A stretch of DNA of 64,000 nt from Vicinamibacterales bacterium (GCA_036257535.1 DATAFJ010000027.1:20636-84635); one strand, 5' to 3'. Shown: positions 1 through 9,648, counted from the first letter of the stretch. Numbers and translations are program-made. The notes: generated by a model not told the origin, from the letters alone.

Positions 1-1192
1 CAGCGGCACCGCCGGGCACGACGAACGCTGCGGGTGAACGTTGCGTGCGGCGGAGCACCGGCACAGCGAGGCACGTCGACGCGCTGAAGAGCAGACGCGC
101 GATCGCGCTGACGACTGCGAGCTGCGGGAACGTCGCGGCGACAGACACGACCCACGCGAGAACGCCGAAGGCCGCGATGGCGATGTGTGGCGTTCGAAAG
201 CGAGGATGGACGCGCGCCAGCGTCGACGGCAAATCACCCCAGCTGCCGAGCGCGAACAGAATGCGCGGTCCCACGAGCGCCAGCGCGCTGAGACTCCCGA
301 TCGTTGAGATGAGCGCACCCGCGGTCACGATCGTCCCTCCAGCTGGACCGAGCACGGCGTTGGCGGCGGAGGCAAGAGGCGTCGGATCGCCCGCGAGGCC
401 GGGAACGACACTGAGCGCGATAACCTGGATGAGAACGTAGAGTGCTGCTGTCACACCGATCGCCATCACGAGCGCTATCGGCACGTCACGCCGGGGCCGC
501 GTCGCCTCCGCCGCCGGCACTGAGGCATTCTCGAAGCCGCCGAAGGCGAACACCAGCAGAAGGCTTGCCTCGCGGAGTCCACCCGACGCGCCGCCAGGCA
601 TCAGGCTGAAGCGCGCACTGTCGATGAAGGGCAGGCCGAAGAGAACGAGCGCCAGGATCGGGCCGAGCTTTGCGATCGTGAGGGTGTTGACCGCGGCCGC
701 GCCCTGCCGAACCCCGCGAACGTTCAGGCCCGCCAGGCCGAACACGATCAGCGTCAGCACGAGCAGGCGGCCTGCGCCTGCGCCGGCGGGCGGCCAGAAG
801 CGGGCTGCGTACGCGGCGCATGCGTTGCCGATTGCGCCGGCTGCCGCGAGCCTGGAGAGGAAGAACAGCCATCCGACCTCGAAACCGACGAACCGCCCGA
901 ACGCCGTCCGCGCGTAAAGATATGGTCCGCCCGTTTCGTCGAACCGGCTTCCCGCCTCAGCGAAACAGAGCACCACGAGAGCGGTGACCGTTGCCGCCAC
1001 CATGTACGCGCTCGGGCTCGCCGGGCCGAGGAGCGCAGCGACGGTAGCCGGCAATACGAAGATCCCGGAACCGATGACGCCGTTAATCGCGATTGCGATC
1101 AAACTGAAGAGGCCGAGGACGGGCCGGAGGCTGTCTTGGGCGGGGCGAATGGGGGTGAGTATACTGTGGTCCGTTTGAACCGAATCGCCAAG
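1..1192 (-). CDS. APC-superfamily amino acid permease, N-terminal ~397 codons (gene runs off the left edge)
   Basis: Absent from the ORF track because no stop lies in the window. My minus-strand translation reads ...QDSLRPVLGLFSLIAIAINGVIGSGIFVLPATVAALLG...ETGGPYLYARTAFGRFVGFEVGW...LLLVFAFGGFENASVPAAE..., a GSGIF-type permease N-terminus followed by repeated hydrophobic helices. An in-frame stop at 1234-1232 leaves TTG 1192-1190 as the only canonical start. Confidence 0.8.
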
Positions 1193-1276
1193 ACAGCGCT
1201 TCAGGTCGGGTGGAAAGCGGTACCCTTCAAGTCAACGGTCAGACCGATCGCGAGGCGCGTTGTGTCCTCGCGGCTG

Positions 1277-1963
1277 ATGCCGGGCTGCTGGATGCGATCG
1301 CTCCGCGCCTATCGCATCTTCAGCCTGCAGTACGGTCATCTGCGATCCGCCGCGACGATGAGAAGTATTGACAGGGCAGGGGAGCCGCTGCCGTGGATTA
1401 CGTACCCCGCCGTCGAATTCCTCAAACAGCTCGATCTGAGTGACAAGAGTGTCTTCGAGTACGGATGCGGAGGTTCGACAATCTTCTGGGGCCGCGCAGC
1501 CCGGACGGTCGACAGCGTTGAGCACGTCGAGGATTTCTACCGTGAGATCCGGCCCATGCTGCCCTCGAACTGCAGCCTTTCGTTGGAGATCTACCCGGAG
1601 GCGTACCTCAATGCCATCGCGAGACGGGGCGAGCCGTACGACGTCATCGTTATCGATGGCCATTCACGTGTCGCATGCTCGCGAATCGCGCCAGCGTACT
1701 TGAAACCCGGCGGCTTCATCGTTCTCGACAACTCGGAGTGGTTTTACGAGGCAGCGGCGAACCTCAGGGAGGCCGATCTGATCGAGGTCGACATGTCCGG
1801 TTTTGCGCCGATCAACGATTTCGTGTCGACGACCTCATTCTTTTTCCACCGCGATTACAGAGTGAAGCCAAAGGCCGATCGCCAGCCGGTCGGTGCAATC
1901 GGCAGCGTTCCGAAGCCGAATTTCTCAAAAGTGACGGGGCCCGCGGAGAGATCCGCTCCGTAG
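1277..1963 (+). CDS. Class I SAM-dependent methyltransferase-like protein
   Basis: Frame of ORF 1136..1963. VFEYGCGGSTIFW is a glycine-rich SAM motif I; YDVIVIDGH is motif-II-like. Start uncertain: first ATG clear of the divergent permease start is 1277 (alternatives 1292, 1358). Confidence 0.65.
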   Translation: MPGCWMRSLRAYRIFSLQYGHLRSAATMRSIDRAGEPLPWITYPAVEFLKQLDLSDKSVFEYGCGGSTIFWGRAARTVDSVEHVEDFYREIRPMLPSNCSLSLEIYPEAYLNAIARRGEPYDVIVIDGHSRVACSRIAPAYLKPGGFIVLDNSEWFYEAAANLREADLIEVDMSGFAPINDFVSTTSFFFHRDYRVKPKADRQPVGAIGSVPKPNFSKVTGPAERSAP

Positions 1964-1970
1964 GACGCCA

Positions 1971-2981
1971 TCAGCGATCACTCCGAGATCCCCAGCGGTC
2001 GATGTTATTGAGAATGGCGAGCGCCGTGCCCGAGAAGATCTGCTCTTTCTCTCGCGCGGGGATGTCGAGCTGTTCGATCGATGACACGGCCCGGTCGATC
2101 GATCCGAGCAAGTGGGGATAGTCGCTGCCCATGGCCATGTGATCGGCGCCGACGAGATCGCGCGCATGCCGGAGGTTGTACGGGCTGAACGTGACCGTGT
2201 CGTAGTAGAGCCGCTTGAGATACACGCTCGGCGGCGCGTCTATCTTCACCCTGCACTCCGCGAAGTCCCGGTACCCGCTGTCCAGCCGTTCCATCAGCCA
2301 CGGAATCGCACCGCCAAGATGGCCGATGAGCCACCGGATGTCCGGAAGCTCGCGAAACAGGCCGTCAAAGCACATGCGCGCCACCGCGAGCGTCGTGTCG
2401 AACGGAAATCCAACCAGCGGCCCGAGCACGTACTCGCCGAAGGGAGCGGAGTGGGCAGGCAGCATCGGATGCAGGAAGATGCAGAGACCCATCCGATTCG
2501 CTTCTTCGAAGAACGGCCGGTACACGGGCGACGTCAGCGCACGCCCGCGAATGTTGCTCAAGAGGACCACGCCGTTCATCCGCAGATCGTCGATGGCCCG
2601 GTGCAGCTCCAGGAGGGCCGCGTCAGGATCGTCCATGGGAATCGACGCGAAGCCTTTGAATCGACCGGGATGACGCGCGATGAGATCGGCATAGGCGTCG
2701 TTGACTTCACGCGCCACCGCCGCCTGGCGGTCCGCTTCCGCAAAAAACACGTTCGGCGTCGACAGGGAAATGACCTCGACGTCGATGCCGACGCGATCCA
2801 TGTCGGCGAGCCGCTTGTCCGGGTCGGTCATCGGCGGCGTGATGCCGAAGAACCGCGCCCCGCCGTACGTGATAATCGTGCGACCCGTCGGATCAGTGGT
2901 GAAAGAGAAATCCCGGCCGTGCTCCTTGATGCGATCGAAGAACGCGGCCGGGTAATAGTGGGTATGAAGGTCGTACTTCAA
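1971..2981 (-). CDS. Amidohydrolase family 2 (ACMSD-like metal-dependent hydrolase)
   Basis: ORF 1971..3050. KYDLHTHYYP (HxH metal site), HLGGAIPWLMERLD, MGSDYPH. The first 23 tracked codons are read out of a heptamer array, so I place the start at TTG 2981 (MKYDLHTH...). Confidence 0.85.
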   Translation of the reverse strand: MKYDLHTHYYPAAFFDRIKEHGRDFSFTTDPTGRTIITYGGARFFGITPPMTDPDKRLADMDRVGIDVEVISLSTPNVFFAEADRQAAVAREVNDAYADLIARHPGRFKGFASIPMDDPDAALLELHRAIDDLRMNGVVLLSNIRGRALTSPVYRPFFEEANRMGLCIFLHPMLPAHSAPFGEYVLGPLVGFPFDTTLAVARMCFDGLFRELPDIRWLIGHLGGAIPWLMERLDSGYRDFAECRVKIDAPPSVYLKRLYYDTVTFSPYNLRHARDLVGADHMAMGSDYPHLLGSIDRAVSSIEQLDIPAREKEQIFSGTALAILNNIDRWGSRSDR

Positions 2982-3056
2982 TGCCGAATGTCCAATGCCC
3001 GATGCCCAATGCCCAGACGGAGGCCCGAAGCCCAAGGCCCCAAGCCCCAAGCCCTA
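2979..3056 (-). repeat. Heptanucleotide tandem array, 11 units, filling a stop-to-start spacer
   Basis: Sense (minus) strand: TAGGGCT TGGGGCT TGGGGCC TTGGGCT TCGGGCC TCCGTCT GGGCATT GGGCATC GGGCATT GGACATT CGGCATT G. It runs from stop TAG (3056-3054) to the TTG start (2981-2979). Confidence 0.9.
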
Positions 3057-6000
3057 CGGCTCCGTCCCAGTCCTGAGCGCGCGCACGGGCTGCGGTACTT
3101 CCATCAGAAAGTTCGCCGCCGCGAGCTGCCTGTAGAGATCGCCCGCTTTCGAGATGACCCCGTTGACTTCTCCCACCGCCGTCGTGAGCGCTTCCCGGTT
3201 CTCCGTCACCAGCCGTGTCTGCGTCTCGGTCGGCAGAGAAGTGGAGCCCATGATCTGACTCTTGAGCTGACCGATCCGGCCGCGCACGTTCTGAGTGCCG
3301 CCGAATCCGCCGCCGAACCCGCCACCGCCGCCCACGCCGAGCTTCGGCTTGACCTTCTCGACTTCCTTGTCGAACGACTCGACGGCCGTCTTCATGTCGG
3401 CCGGCGCCTTCGTCGACTTCAGCCTGTCCTTCAGGTCGGTGAGCTGGCGATCGATCGTCGTCAGCGCGGCCGCCGCCTCGTTTGCGTGACGCTGGAGCTC
3501 GTGGAGGGCGAGGGCTGTCTCGAAGTGAACCTTGCGGTCGGCGTCGGTAATCTGAATCTCGGGATCGCCCGAGACGACAACGCGGGAGGTTGCCGCATCG
3601 CGCCCATCGACACTGAGTGCCACTGAATAGGTCCCGGGCAGCACCAGCGGACCGTTCAGCCCGCCTCCGAAAAACCCTCCACCCTGGCCCGGCTGCTGGC
3701 CCGCTAAAGGTGGCAGGGGCTCGACGCGCAGATCCCAGACGACGGTGTTGAGGCCGGCGGCGCCGGCGTTCCGTATCGCAGCGCCCGAGAGCTCGCGTAC
3801 GGTCCGGCCTGTCGCGTCCTTGACGCTCAGCTTCACGTCCTTGGCGGCTTCCCGGAGACGGAACGCAATCGACACGCCTTCGCGCGGGTTTTTCCCGAGG
3901 AACTTGCGATCGCCCTCGAAGTCGCGCATGCGCTCCGCCGATCCGTTGCGCTGCGCGACGGCCTGAGGCTCGAACAGGTAGACCGCCTCGGTCATGGCCT
4001 TCGCGTGCTGCTGGAACGGCGCAAGATCGTCGAGCACCCAGAATGCCCGGCCGTGGGTGGCGAGAATCAGGTCGTTGTCGCGCGGGTGGATGGCGATCTC
4101 GTACACCGGAACGGTGGGCAGGTTTGCTCTCACGCGGGACCACGTGCGGCCGCGATCCGTCGTGACGAACAGGCCGGTCTCGGTGCCGATGTAGAGCACG
4201 TCCGGGTTTTTCGTGTCCTCCGTGAGCGTGCGAACGACCTCGCCCTTCGGCAGGCCGCCGGCGAGCGACCGCCACGAGCCGCCATAGTCGCCACTCGCAA
4301 AAACGTACGTGCCGAAATCGCCGGATCGGTGACCGTCGAAGGTTGCGTGGACCGTTCCATCATCGAAGCGCGACGGAACGACCTTGGAGACGTAGGTGTT
4401 CTTCGGGACTCCAGGAATCTTGTCTGTCACGCGCGTCCAGTTCTTGCCGCCGTCACGCGAGACGGCCACCACGCCGTCATCCGAGCCCGTGTAGTAGAGG
4501 CCGGCGCGCTTCGTTGATTCCGCGAAGCTGACGAGCGTGCTGTACGCCGCGACGCCGTCGTTTCGCGCGAGCCGCGTCTCGCGTCCCCTGACGCCCATCA
4601 ACTCCAGCTCGTCGCGATCGACGGCGTTCGTGAGGTCGGGGCTGATCTCCTGCCACGAGTGGCCGCGGTCCGCCGACTTCAGCAGTTTGTTCGCCGCGAC
4701 GTAGACCGTTTTCGGATCGTGCGGTGACAACGCCATCGGCGTATCCCAGTTCCAGCGATACGCAGGCTGGCCCGCGACCGGCTCCGGACGGATCGACTTG
4801 CGCTCGTTGGTGAGGCGGTCCACCCGATTCATGCGGCCGTCCTGCGATTCCGAATACAGGATTCTGGGATCCATCGGATCGACCAGCGCCACGAAGCCGT
4901 CGCCGCCGCCGATGATGAACCATTCGTCGTTGCCGATGCCGTTGCGGTTGCGGACGGCGCTCGGACCGCACCATGTGTTGTTGTCCTGCAGCCCGCCGCA
5001 GATGGTGTATGGGGACTGCATGTCGTACGACACGTGATAGAACTGCGCCAGCGGCAGGTTCGGGAGATACGTGTACGTGCGGCTGCGATCGTAGGAGATC
5101 GCGACGCCGCCGTCGTTGCCCAGGATCAGATGATCGGAGTTTGCGGGATTGATCCACATCGCGTGATGGTCGACATGGATGCTGCGGGCTCCCTCGTTGT
5201 GGAACGTCTTGCCGCCGTCGTCCGAGACGTGCAGCTGCACGCCCAGCACGTAGATCCGGGCATCCGAGTTCGGGTCGACGCGAATCTGGCTGAAGTACAT
5301 CGGGCGCGGGTTCACGTTGCTCAATTTCTTCCAGCCCGCCCCGCCATCGTCTGAGCGGTACACTCCGCTCTCGGTCGCGTGCTCGATGCGGGCATAGACG
5401 ACGTTCGGATTCGATCGATAGACGTCGAGGCCGATCCGCCCCTTGGGTCCGTCAGGAATTCCCGCCGTCAGCTTCGTCCACGTTCGGCCCGCGTCGGTCG
5501 TCTTGTAGATCGCGCTGCCGTTGCCGCCGCCGTTGAAGCCCCACGTGGCGCGGCGGCGCTGGTACGTGGCCGCGTACAAGACCTTGTTGTTCGACGGATC
5601 CATGACGAGCTCCGTCGCTCCGGTGTCGTCGTCTACGAAAAGACTCCGCGTCCAGGTGAGCCCGCCGTCGATCGTCTTGAACACCCCACGTTCGCCGCCG
5701 GGCGCCCAGAGGCTGCCGAGCGACGCCACGTAGACGACGTCGTGGTCCTGCGGATCCACGATGACGCGGGCGATGTGCCGCGACTCCCGGAGCCCCATGT
5801 TCTTCCAGCCGCGTCCGCCGTCGGTCGACTTGTAGACGCCGTCGCCCCACGACGAGCTCTGGCGGTTGTTGTTCTCGCCGGTTCCCACCCACACGAGATT
5901 CGCGTCGGTCGGAGCGATCGCGACATCGCCAATCGATGACGTGGACTCGTTGTCGAAGACCGGCTCGAAGGTCGTTCCCTGGTTGACCGTCTTCCAGAGC

Positions 6001-6221
6001 CCGCCGGTCGCGGATGCCACGTAGAACACGGATGGGTTGGACTCGAGCACGGCCAGATCGTCGATGCGCCCCGACATCGTGGCGGGGCCGATCTCGCGGA
6101 ATTCCAGTCTGTCGAATGGGCCATCGGCTTTGCTGGGCTCGGCGGACCGGTCGGGCGTCTGGCTGGTGAGCGGCGACGAGAGAATCAACGCGAGCGCAGC
6201 AGTGAGGACTCCACGCGTCAC
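3054..6221 (-). CDS. Secreted BNR/Asp-box repeat protein (sortilin/VPS10-like beta-propeller, glycosyl-hydrolase-like)
   Basis: ORF 3054..6536. Repeated S/T-x-D-x-G-x-T/S-W turns: STDGGRGWKN, TIDGGLTWT, TTDAGRTWT, SDDGGAGWKK, SDDGGKTFHN, SADRGHSWQE, SRDGGKNWTR, TTDRGRTWSR. Signal-like VTRGVLTAALALILSSPLTSQ begins at GTG 6221 preceded by AAGGGGG. The 105 upstream tracked codons look non-coding. Confidence 0.85.
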   Translation of the reverse strand: MTRGVLTAALALILSSPLTSQTPDRSAEPSKADGPFDRLEFREIGPATMSGRIDDLAVLESNPSVFYVASATGGLWKTVNQGTTFEPVFDNESTSSIGDVAIAPTDANLVWVGTGENNNRQSSSWGDGVYKSTDGGRGWKNMGLRESRHIARVIVDPQDHDVVYVASLGSLWAPGGERGVFKTIDGGLTWTRSLFVDDDTGATELVMDPSNNKVLYAATYQRRRATWGFNGGGNGSAIYKTTDAGRTWTKLTAGIPDGPKGRIGLDVYRSNPNVVYARIEHATESGVYRSDDGGAGWKKLSNVNPRPMYFSQIRVDPNSDARIYVLGVQLHVSDDGGKTFHNEGARSIHVDHHAMWINPANSDHLILGNDGGVAISYDRSRTYTYLPNLPLAQFYHVSYDMQSPYTICGGLQDNNTWCGPSAVRNRNGIGNDEWFIIGGGDGFVALVDPMDPRILYSESQDGRMNRVDRLTNERKSIRPEPVAGQPAYRWNWDTPMALSPHDPKTVYVAANKLLKSADRGHSWQEISPDLTNAVDRDELELMGVRGRETRLARNDGVAAYSTLVSFAESTKRAGLYYTGSDDGVVAVSRDGGKNWTRVTDKIPGVPKNTYVSKVVPSRFDDGTVHATFDGHRSGDFGTYVFASGDYGGSWRSLAGGLPKGEVVRTLTEDTKNPDVLYIGTETGLFVTTDRGRTWSRVRANLPTVPVYEIAIHPRDNDLILATHGRAFWVLDDLAPFQQHAKAMTEAVYLFEPQAVAQRNGSAERMRDFEGDRKFLGKNPREGVSIAFRLREAAKDVKLSVKDATGRTVRELSGAAIRNAGAAGLNTVVWDLRVEPLPPLAGQQPGQGGGFFGGGLNGPLVLPGTYSVALSVDGRDAATSRVVVSGDPEIQITDADRKVHFETALALHELQRHANEAAAALTTIDRQLTDLKDRLKSTKAPADMKTAVESFDKEVEKVKPKLGVGGGGGFGGGFGGTQNVRGRIGQLKSQIMGSTSLPTETQTRLVTENREALTTAVGEVNGVISKAGDLYRQLAAANFLMEVPQPVRALRTGTEP

Positions 6222-6420
6222 GGTACCCCCTTTGCTAACGAACAGCCGACCGGCGCGGCGCAGTCCATGGCCGGGCTTCGGCAAGGCGGCGAGAATATCA
6301 CGCCGCTCGCTCCGTCGGCCGCCCTTTGGTGGTAGGGTGGTGCCGGACTTTTGCACCCCGTTTGCGGACCGGTCGCCGAGTCGTCGTGCTGCCGGGGCAG
6401 GATGCAGCGCGGAGGTCCAG

Positions 6421-7149
6421 ATGCTCGCACGCCTCTCGATCGGTGTCGTCCTGATCGCTTGTGCGCTCTCGGCATCGGCGCAACCTGCGCTCACGTCCTC
6501 CTCACTCGTCGAGCGGTTCATCACGCGTGAAGACACGCCCCTCCGGTCCTACACCGCGTTACGCAGGCTGCACGCGGAGAACCTCAGGCTTTCGAAACGG
6601 GCGACGCTCGATGCCTGTACTTTTCTCACTCCTGAGGAAGGGTTTGCGTACCGAATCCTGACGGAGCAGGGCAGTGCCTCGGTGCGAAAGAAGGTCCTGC
6701 GCGCCGCGCTCGAGGCGGAGGTGCGCGCGCTCACGACGGGGGAGGCCGGTTCGGCTGCGCTCGACCCGAAAAACTATGAGTTCGGACCGGCGGAGCCGCT
6801 CGAGGACGGGCTCGCCCGTATCCCGATCAAGGCGCGGCGATCCGAGGCGCTGCTCATCAACGGCGGCTTCGTTCTCGACGAGAACGCGAATCTGCTTCGC
6901 GTGGAAGGACAGCTCTTCAAGAAGCCGTCCTTCTGGGTCAGCCGCGCCGAGGTGGTCCGCGAGTACGCCCGCATCGGCGGCGTCCGTGTGCCGGTTCGTG
7001 TCTCGTCCACCGCCTGGTTGAAGCTGGCGGGCCGCTCCACGTTCGAGATGACCTACGAGTACGATTCCATCAACGGCATCAGCCTGCGGTCGAGCGCCGA
7101 AGTCAGCGACGCCTGCAGCGCCACCGTTTCGGTTGCCGGCACGCCGTAG
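6421..7149 (+). CDS. Secreted hypothetical protein
   Basis: Frame of ORF 6037..7149. ATG 6421 gives the signal peptide MLARLSIGVVLIACALSASAQ. No family recognised. The last 97 nt overlap the convergent gene, so the C-terminus is uncertain. Confidence 0.55.
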   Translation: MLARLSIGVVLIACALSASAQPALTSSSLVERFITREDTPLRSYTALRRLHAENLRLSKRATLDACTFLTPEEGFAYRILTEQGSASVRKKVLRAALEAEVRALTTGEAGSAALDPKNYEFGPAEPLEDGLARIPIKARRSEALLINGGFVLDENANLLRVEGQLFKKPSFWVSRAEVVREYARIGGVRVPVRVSSTAWLKLAGRSTFEMTYEYDSINGISLRSSAEVSDACSATVSVAGTP

Positions 7150-7835
7150 GTCGATATCCACACACCGAGGTGCCAGTCGGCCTGGGCCGGGCCGCACTCG
7201 AACTCGACGAAGAACAGGCCGTCGTTGAGCGCCGGCAGTCGTCCCCACGCGTGCCGTTCCGGAGATGTCTCCTCCAGCATCGGATTCACGATGCCGTCGA
7301 GCAACGGCTTCTTGAAGAGCGCCTCCCACACGCGCGCCCTCGTCGCCGAGATCTTGCGCCGCTCCCAGACCATCGTTCGGGGCACGCCGCCGTGGCGTTC
7401 GAGATAGTGGCGGAGGTTCATGAGGAAGTACCGCCAGCCGTTTTCGGTCGCGGTGAACTGTTCGTCCCACTCGGCCCCCTCGCCAAAGCCGGAGTGCACG
7501 AGGCGGACGACGGTCCGGCCCCCGCGCGCCTCGACGCGGAAATCGATCCTGGAGACGGCACCGGGATTGGCGGGATCTACGGGATCCTCGAAGCGGAGGT
7601 GCGTGGGCGGCTCCAACACGGCGACGCGGGTTACCCATTCCTGACCCGGTCCCCACGACATCGCGAGGCTCCCTCCCTCCTCGCTCGGGTTGCCGCTGGC
7701 CTTCAATGGAAACCATCGCTCGAGCTCTCTTGGATCGGTCAGGGCGCGCCACACCGTTTCTCGATCCGCGCCCAGTTCGATCTCGACGTTGATTGAGCGG
7801 CCCTTCTGCCCTGTTTCCGGCTTCGCTTCAGTCAT
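7053..7835 (-). CDS. SRPBCC/AHSA1 (START-like) domain protein, two tandem halves
   Basis: ATG 7835. ADRETVWRALTDPRELERWFP in half 1 and ATRARVWEALFKKPLLDG in half 2 resemble AHSA1-type SRPBCC N-termini. The start overlaps the ArsR stop (ATGA), the common ArsR-SRPBCC pairing. Confidence 0.75.
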   Translation of the reverse strand: MTEAKPETGQKGRSINVEIELGADRETVWRALTDPRELERWFPLKASGNPSEEGGSLAMSWGPGQEWVTRVAVLEPPTHLRFEDPVDPANPGAVSRIDFRVEARGGRTVVRLVHSGFGEGAEWDEQFTATENGWRYFLMNLRHYLERHGGVPRTMVWERRKISATRARVWEALFKKPLLDGIVNPMLEETSPERHAWGRLPALNDGLFFVEFECGPAQADWHLGVWISTYGVPATETVALQASLTSALDRRLMPLMESYS

Positions 7836-8401
7836 GGGACGTTCTCCTCTGGGGGAAGAGCAGGATATGCAGCGGCGACGACGGTGAAGCTCCGGCCGCG
7901 CTCCGCCCGCTCGTCGTGGTACTTCGCGACGAGGCGGGTGACAGCCTGCGAAAGATCTTCGGCGAACGCGTGTTGATCGGCGGCGCTCGCAAATCGAACG
8001 GTGGTATGAAGGGTGAGCGTGGGGAGTTTCCTGCCGGCCGCTCGAGCCCGCTGCTCCAGGGCCGTCACGTCGCGTGCGACACGCGCCGCGACGGCGCTCA
8101 GGTATGCACTGGACAACCGGTCCTGTACCGTTTCCGGATCTGCGCCAAGGGCGCCGACGAGCTCCGGCGCCAGCGTGTGGACGTGTGCCGTGACGCGAAG
8201 CAGCCGCTCGACGCAGTTGCCTTTCCGGCGGGTGGCTGCGGTCTCAACCAGGCGGTCGCGCCGGAGCGCGCGGACGTGATACGCCACGCGCTGGCGGGAG
8301 GTGCCGAGCGACCGCGCCAGGTCGGCCGCCGACTGCGGTGCGCGCAGCAGGTGCAGAATCTGGAGGCGCACAGGGTCGACGAGGGCGGCGGTGGCGACCA
8401 C
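7832..8401 (-). CDS. ArsR/SmtB-family winged-helix transcriptional regulator
   Basis: VDPVRLQILHLLRAPQSAADLARSLGTSRQRVAYHVRALRRDRLVE is an ArsR-type HTH. GTG start at 8401. Confidence 0.85.
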   Translation of the reverse strand: MVATAALVDPVRLQILHLLRAPQSAADLARSLGTSRQRVAYHVRALRRDRLVETAATRRKGNCVERLLRVTAHVHTLAPELVGALGADPETVQDRLSSAYLSAVAARVARDVTALEQRARAAGRKLPTLTLHTTVRFASAADQHAFAEDLSQAVTRLVAKYHDERAERGRSFTVVAAAYPALPPEENVP

Positions 8402-8422
8402 GACGGAAGTGTCTCACCGTCA

Positions 8423-8432
8423 AAATATATTT
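8423..8432. promoter_or_regulatory. Candidate operator: perfect 10-bp AT palindrome in the arsR divergent region
   Basis: AAATATATTT is the only AT-rich patch in the 44-nt gap between the arsR-like start (8401) and the divergent lipoprotein gene (8446). Confidence 0.3.
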
Positions 8433-8445
8433 GTCAAGGCAGGAT

Positions 8446-9648
8446 ATGATTGACCGCACAACCAGGCTCGTGCTCTCGAGCGGCGTGCTCCTCTGCGGAA
8501 TGGCCTGCGCACGGCCGGACCAGATTGCTGTCCAGGTGCGGGAGCGCGACGAGATTGTCCTGGCCGTCTCGATCCGGGATGATGCGCCTCCCGACGGGGA
8601 GCCGGCGGTGACGGCACTCACCGTCGAGGTGAATGGCCGGCCCGCACACGACCTGCTGATCGTGCCCGGCAGCGGGCAGACACGCTACGACACTCTGGTT
8701 GGCCCACTCCCGGCCGGACGACACACGATCGCCGTCAGGCCTTCCGCACGGTGGCCATCACACGGCGCCATACGGGCCACCGGCATCAGCGCTCGAACCG
8801 TAAATGCCGGTTCGCCCGACTACGACCTGCTGCGCCTGGCGCCGGTTATCGTCCTCCGACCGGATACGGTTGGCGTCCTCAACGATCTGCCGATGATTCT
8901 CTACGCCGAGGATCGACGATCGGGCGGCGCCGGGCCCATCGGGTACACGACGATCTTCACGAACGAGGATGGCGGTACGGAAACCCCCGCACTCTTCGCG
9001 CGCTGGGGACGCGCGTGCGACATCGAGCTGATCTACGAAGCCACGCTCGATGCCGGCGGTCCGATCGCCAGCGACACGTACCAGGGACCGGATCACAAGG
9101 TCCTGCCGTTCAACGGCCGCCGGATCGGCGACCACCCCGTGCTCATCGTCGCGACGCGAAACAACATGGTGAGGGACGCGCCCGTCCCGGAACGTCCGGA
9201 CGACACAACGCCCGTCATGGTCCGGCCCGTTCCCGTTGTCGTGAAGCCGGACGCCGGCACGCGTGAGGCGATCCTGGACGCGCGGCCATGGCTGCACCGG
9301 CTGACCTTTCGCGAGCTGCGCGCGGAAGGGAAGCGCTTCGATCCACGCGATTACGTGTACCTCGAAGCCCGGCTCCGCCTCGCCGACGCGGCGGTCTCCG
9401 CGTGGGTGACGTTGTCGGACGGCGGGAAGGCGTCATCGGATCTCGGTGACTCGAAGCTCAGGGTCGAGCGGGACGGCTGGGTCCGCGTCGCAGTGCGGTC
9501 GCCGCGTGACGCACACGTGACTTCTGCCGGCTGGAACTGCTTCGACCGTGCGCGCCCGCGCAAGCTCTGCGACGTCGCACCCGCGAAGGTCTTCCGGCTC
9601 TCGGACGACTTCAGCGTGCAGCCGGTTGAGGTCCCGGTGACGCCGTGA
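8446..9648 (+). CDS. Hypothetical lipoprotein (400 aa, no recognised domain)
   Basis: Frame of ORF 8338..9648. ATG 8446 after AGGCAGGA gives MIDRTTRLVLSSGVLLCGMAC, a lipoprotein-like signal. High GC3 throughout. Confidence 0.6.
   Translation: MIDRTTRLVLSSGVLLCGMACARPDQIAVQVRERDEIVLAVSIRDDAPPDGEPAVTALTVEVNGRPAHDLLIVPGSGQTRYDTLVGPLPAGRHTIAVRPSARWPSHGAIRATGISARTVNAGSPDYDLLRLAPVIVLRPDTVGVLNDLPMILYAEDRRSGGAGPIGYTTIFTNEDGGTETPALFARWGRACDIELIYEATLDAGGPIASDTYQGPDHKVLPFNGRRIGDHPVLIVATRNNMVRDAPVPERPDDTTPVMVRPVPVVVKPDAGTREAILDARPWLHRLTFRELRAEGKRFDPRDYVYLEARLRLADAAVSAWVTLSDGGKASSDLGDSKLRVERDGWVRVAVRSPRDAHVTSAGWNCFDRARPRKLCDVAPAKVFRLSDDFSVQPVEVPVTP

Noticed and set aside
2112-4275. Long overlapping ORFs 2112..3626 (+) and 2893..4275 (-) across the amidohydrolase and BNR genes
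   Set aside because: Both are low-complexity Arg/Pro/Gly-rich translations, out of frame with or antisense to genes that carry clear family motifs.
6559-7752. 397-aa minus-strand ORF spanning 6559..7752
   Set aside because: It is out of frame with the SRPBCC gene and antisense to the secreted-protein gene, and its composition is Arg/Gly/Pro-rich junk.
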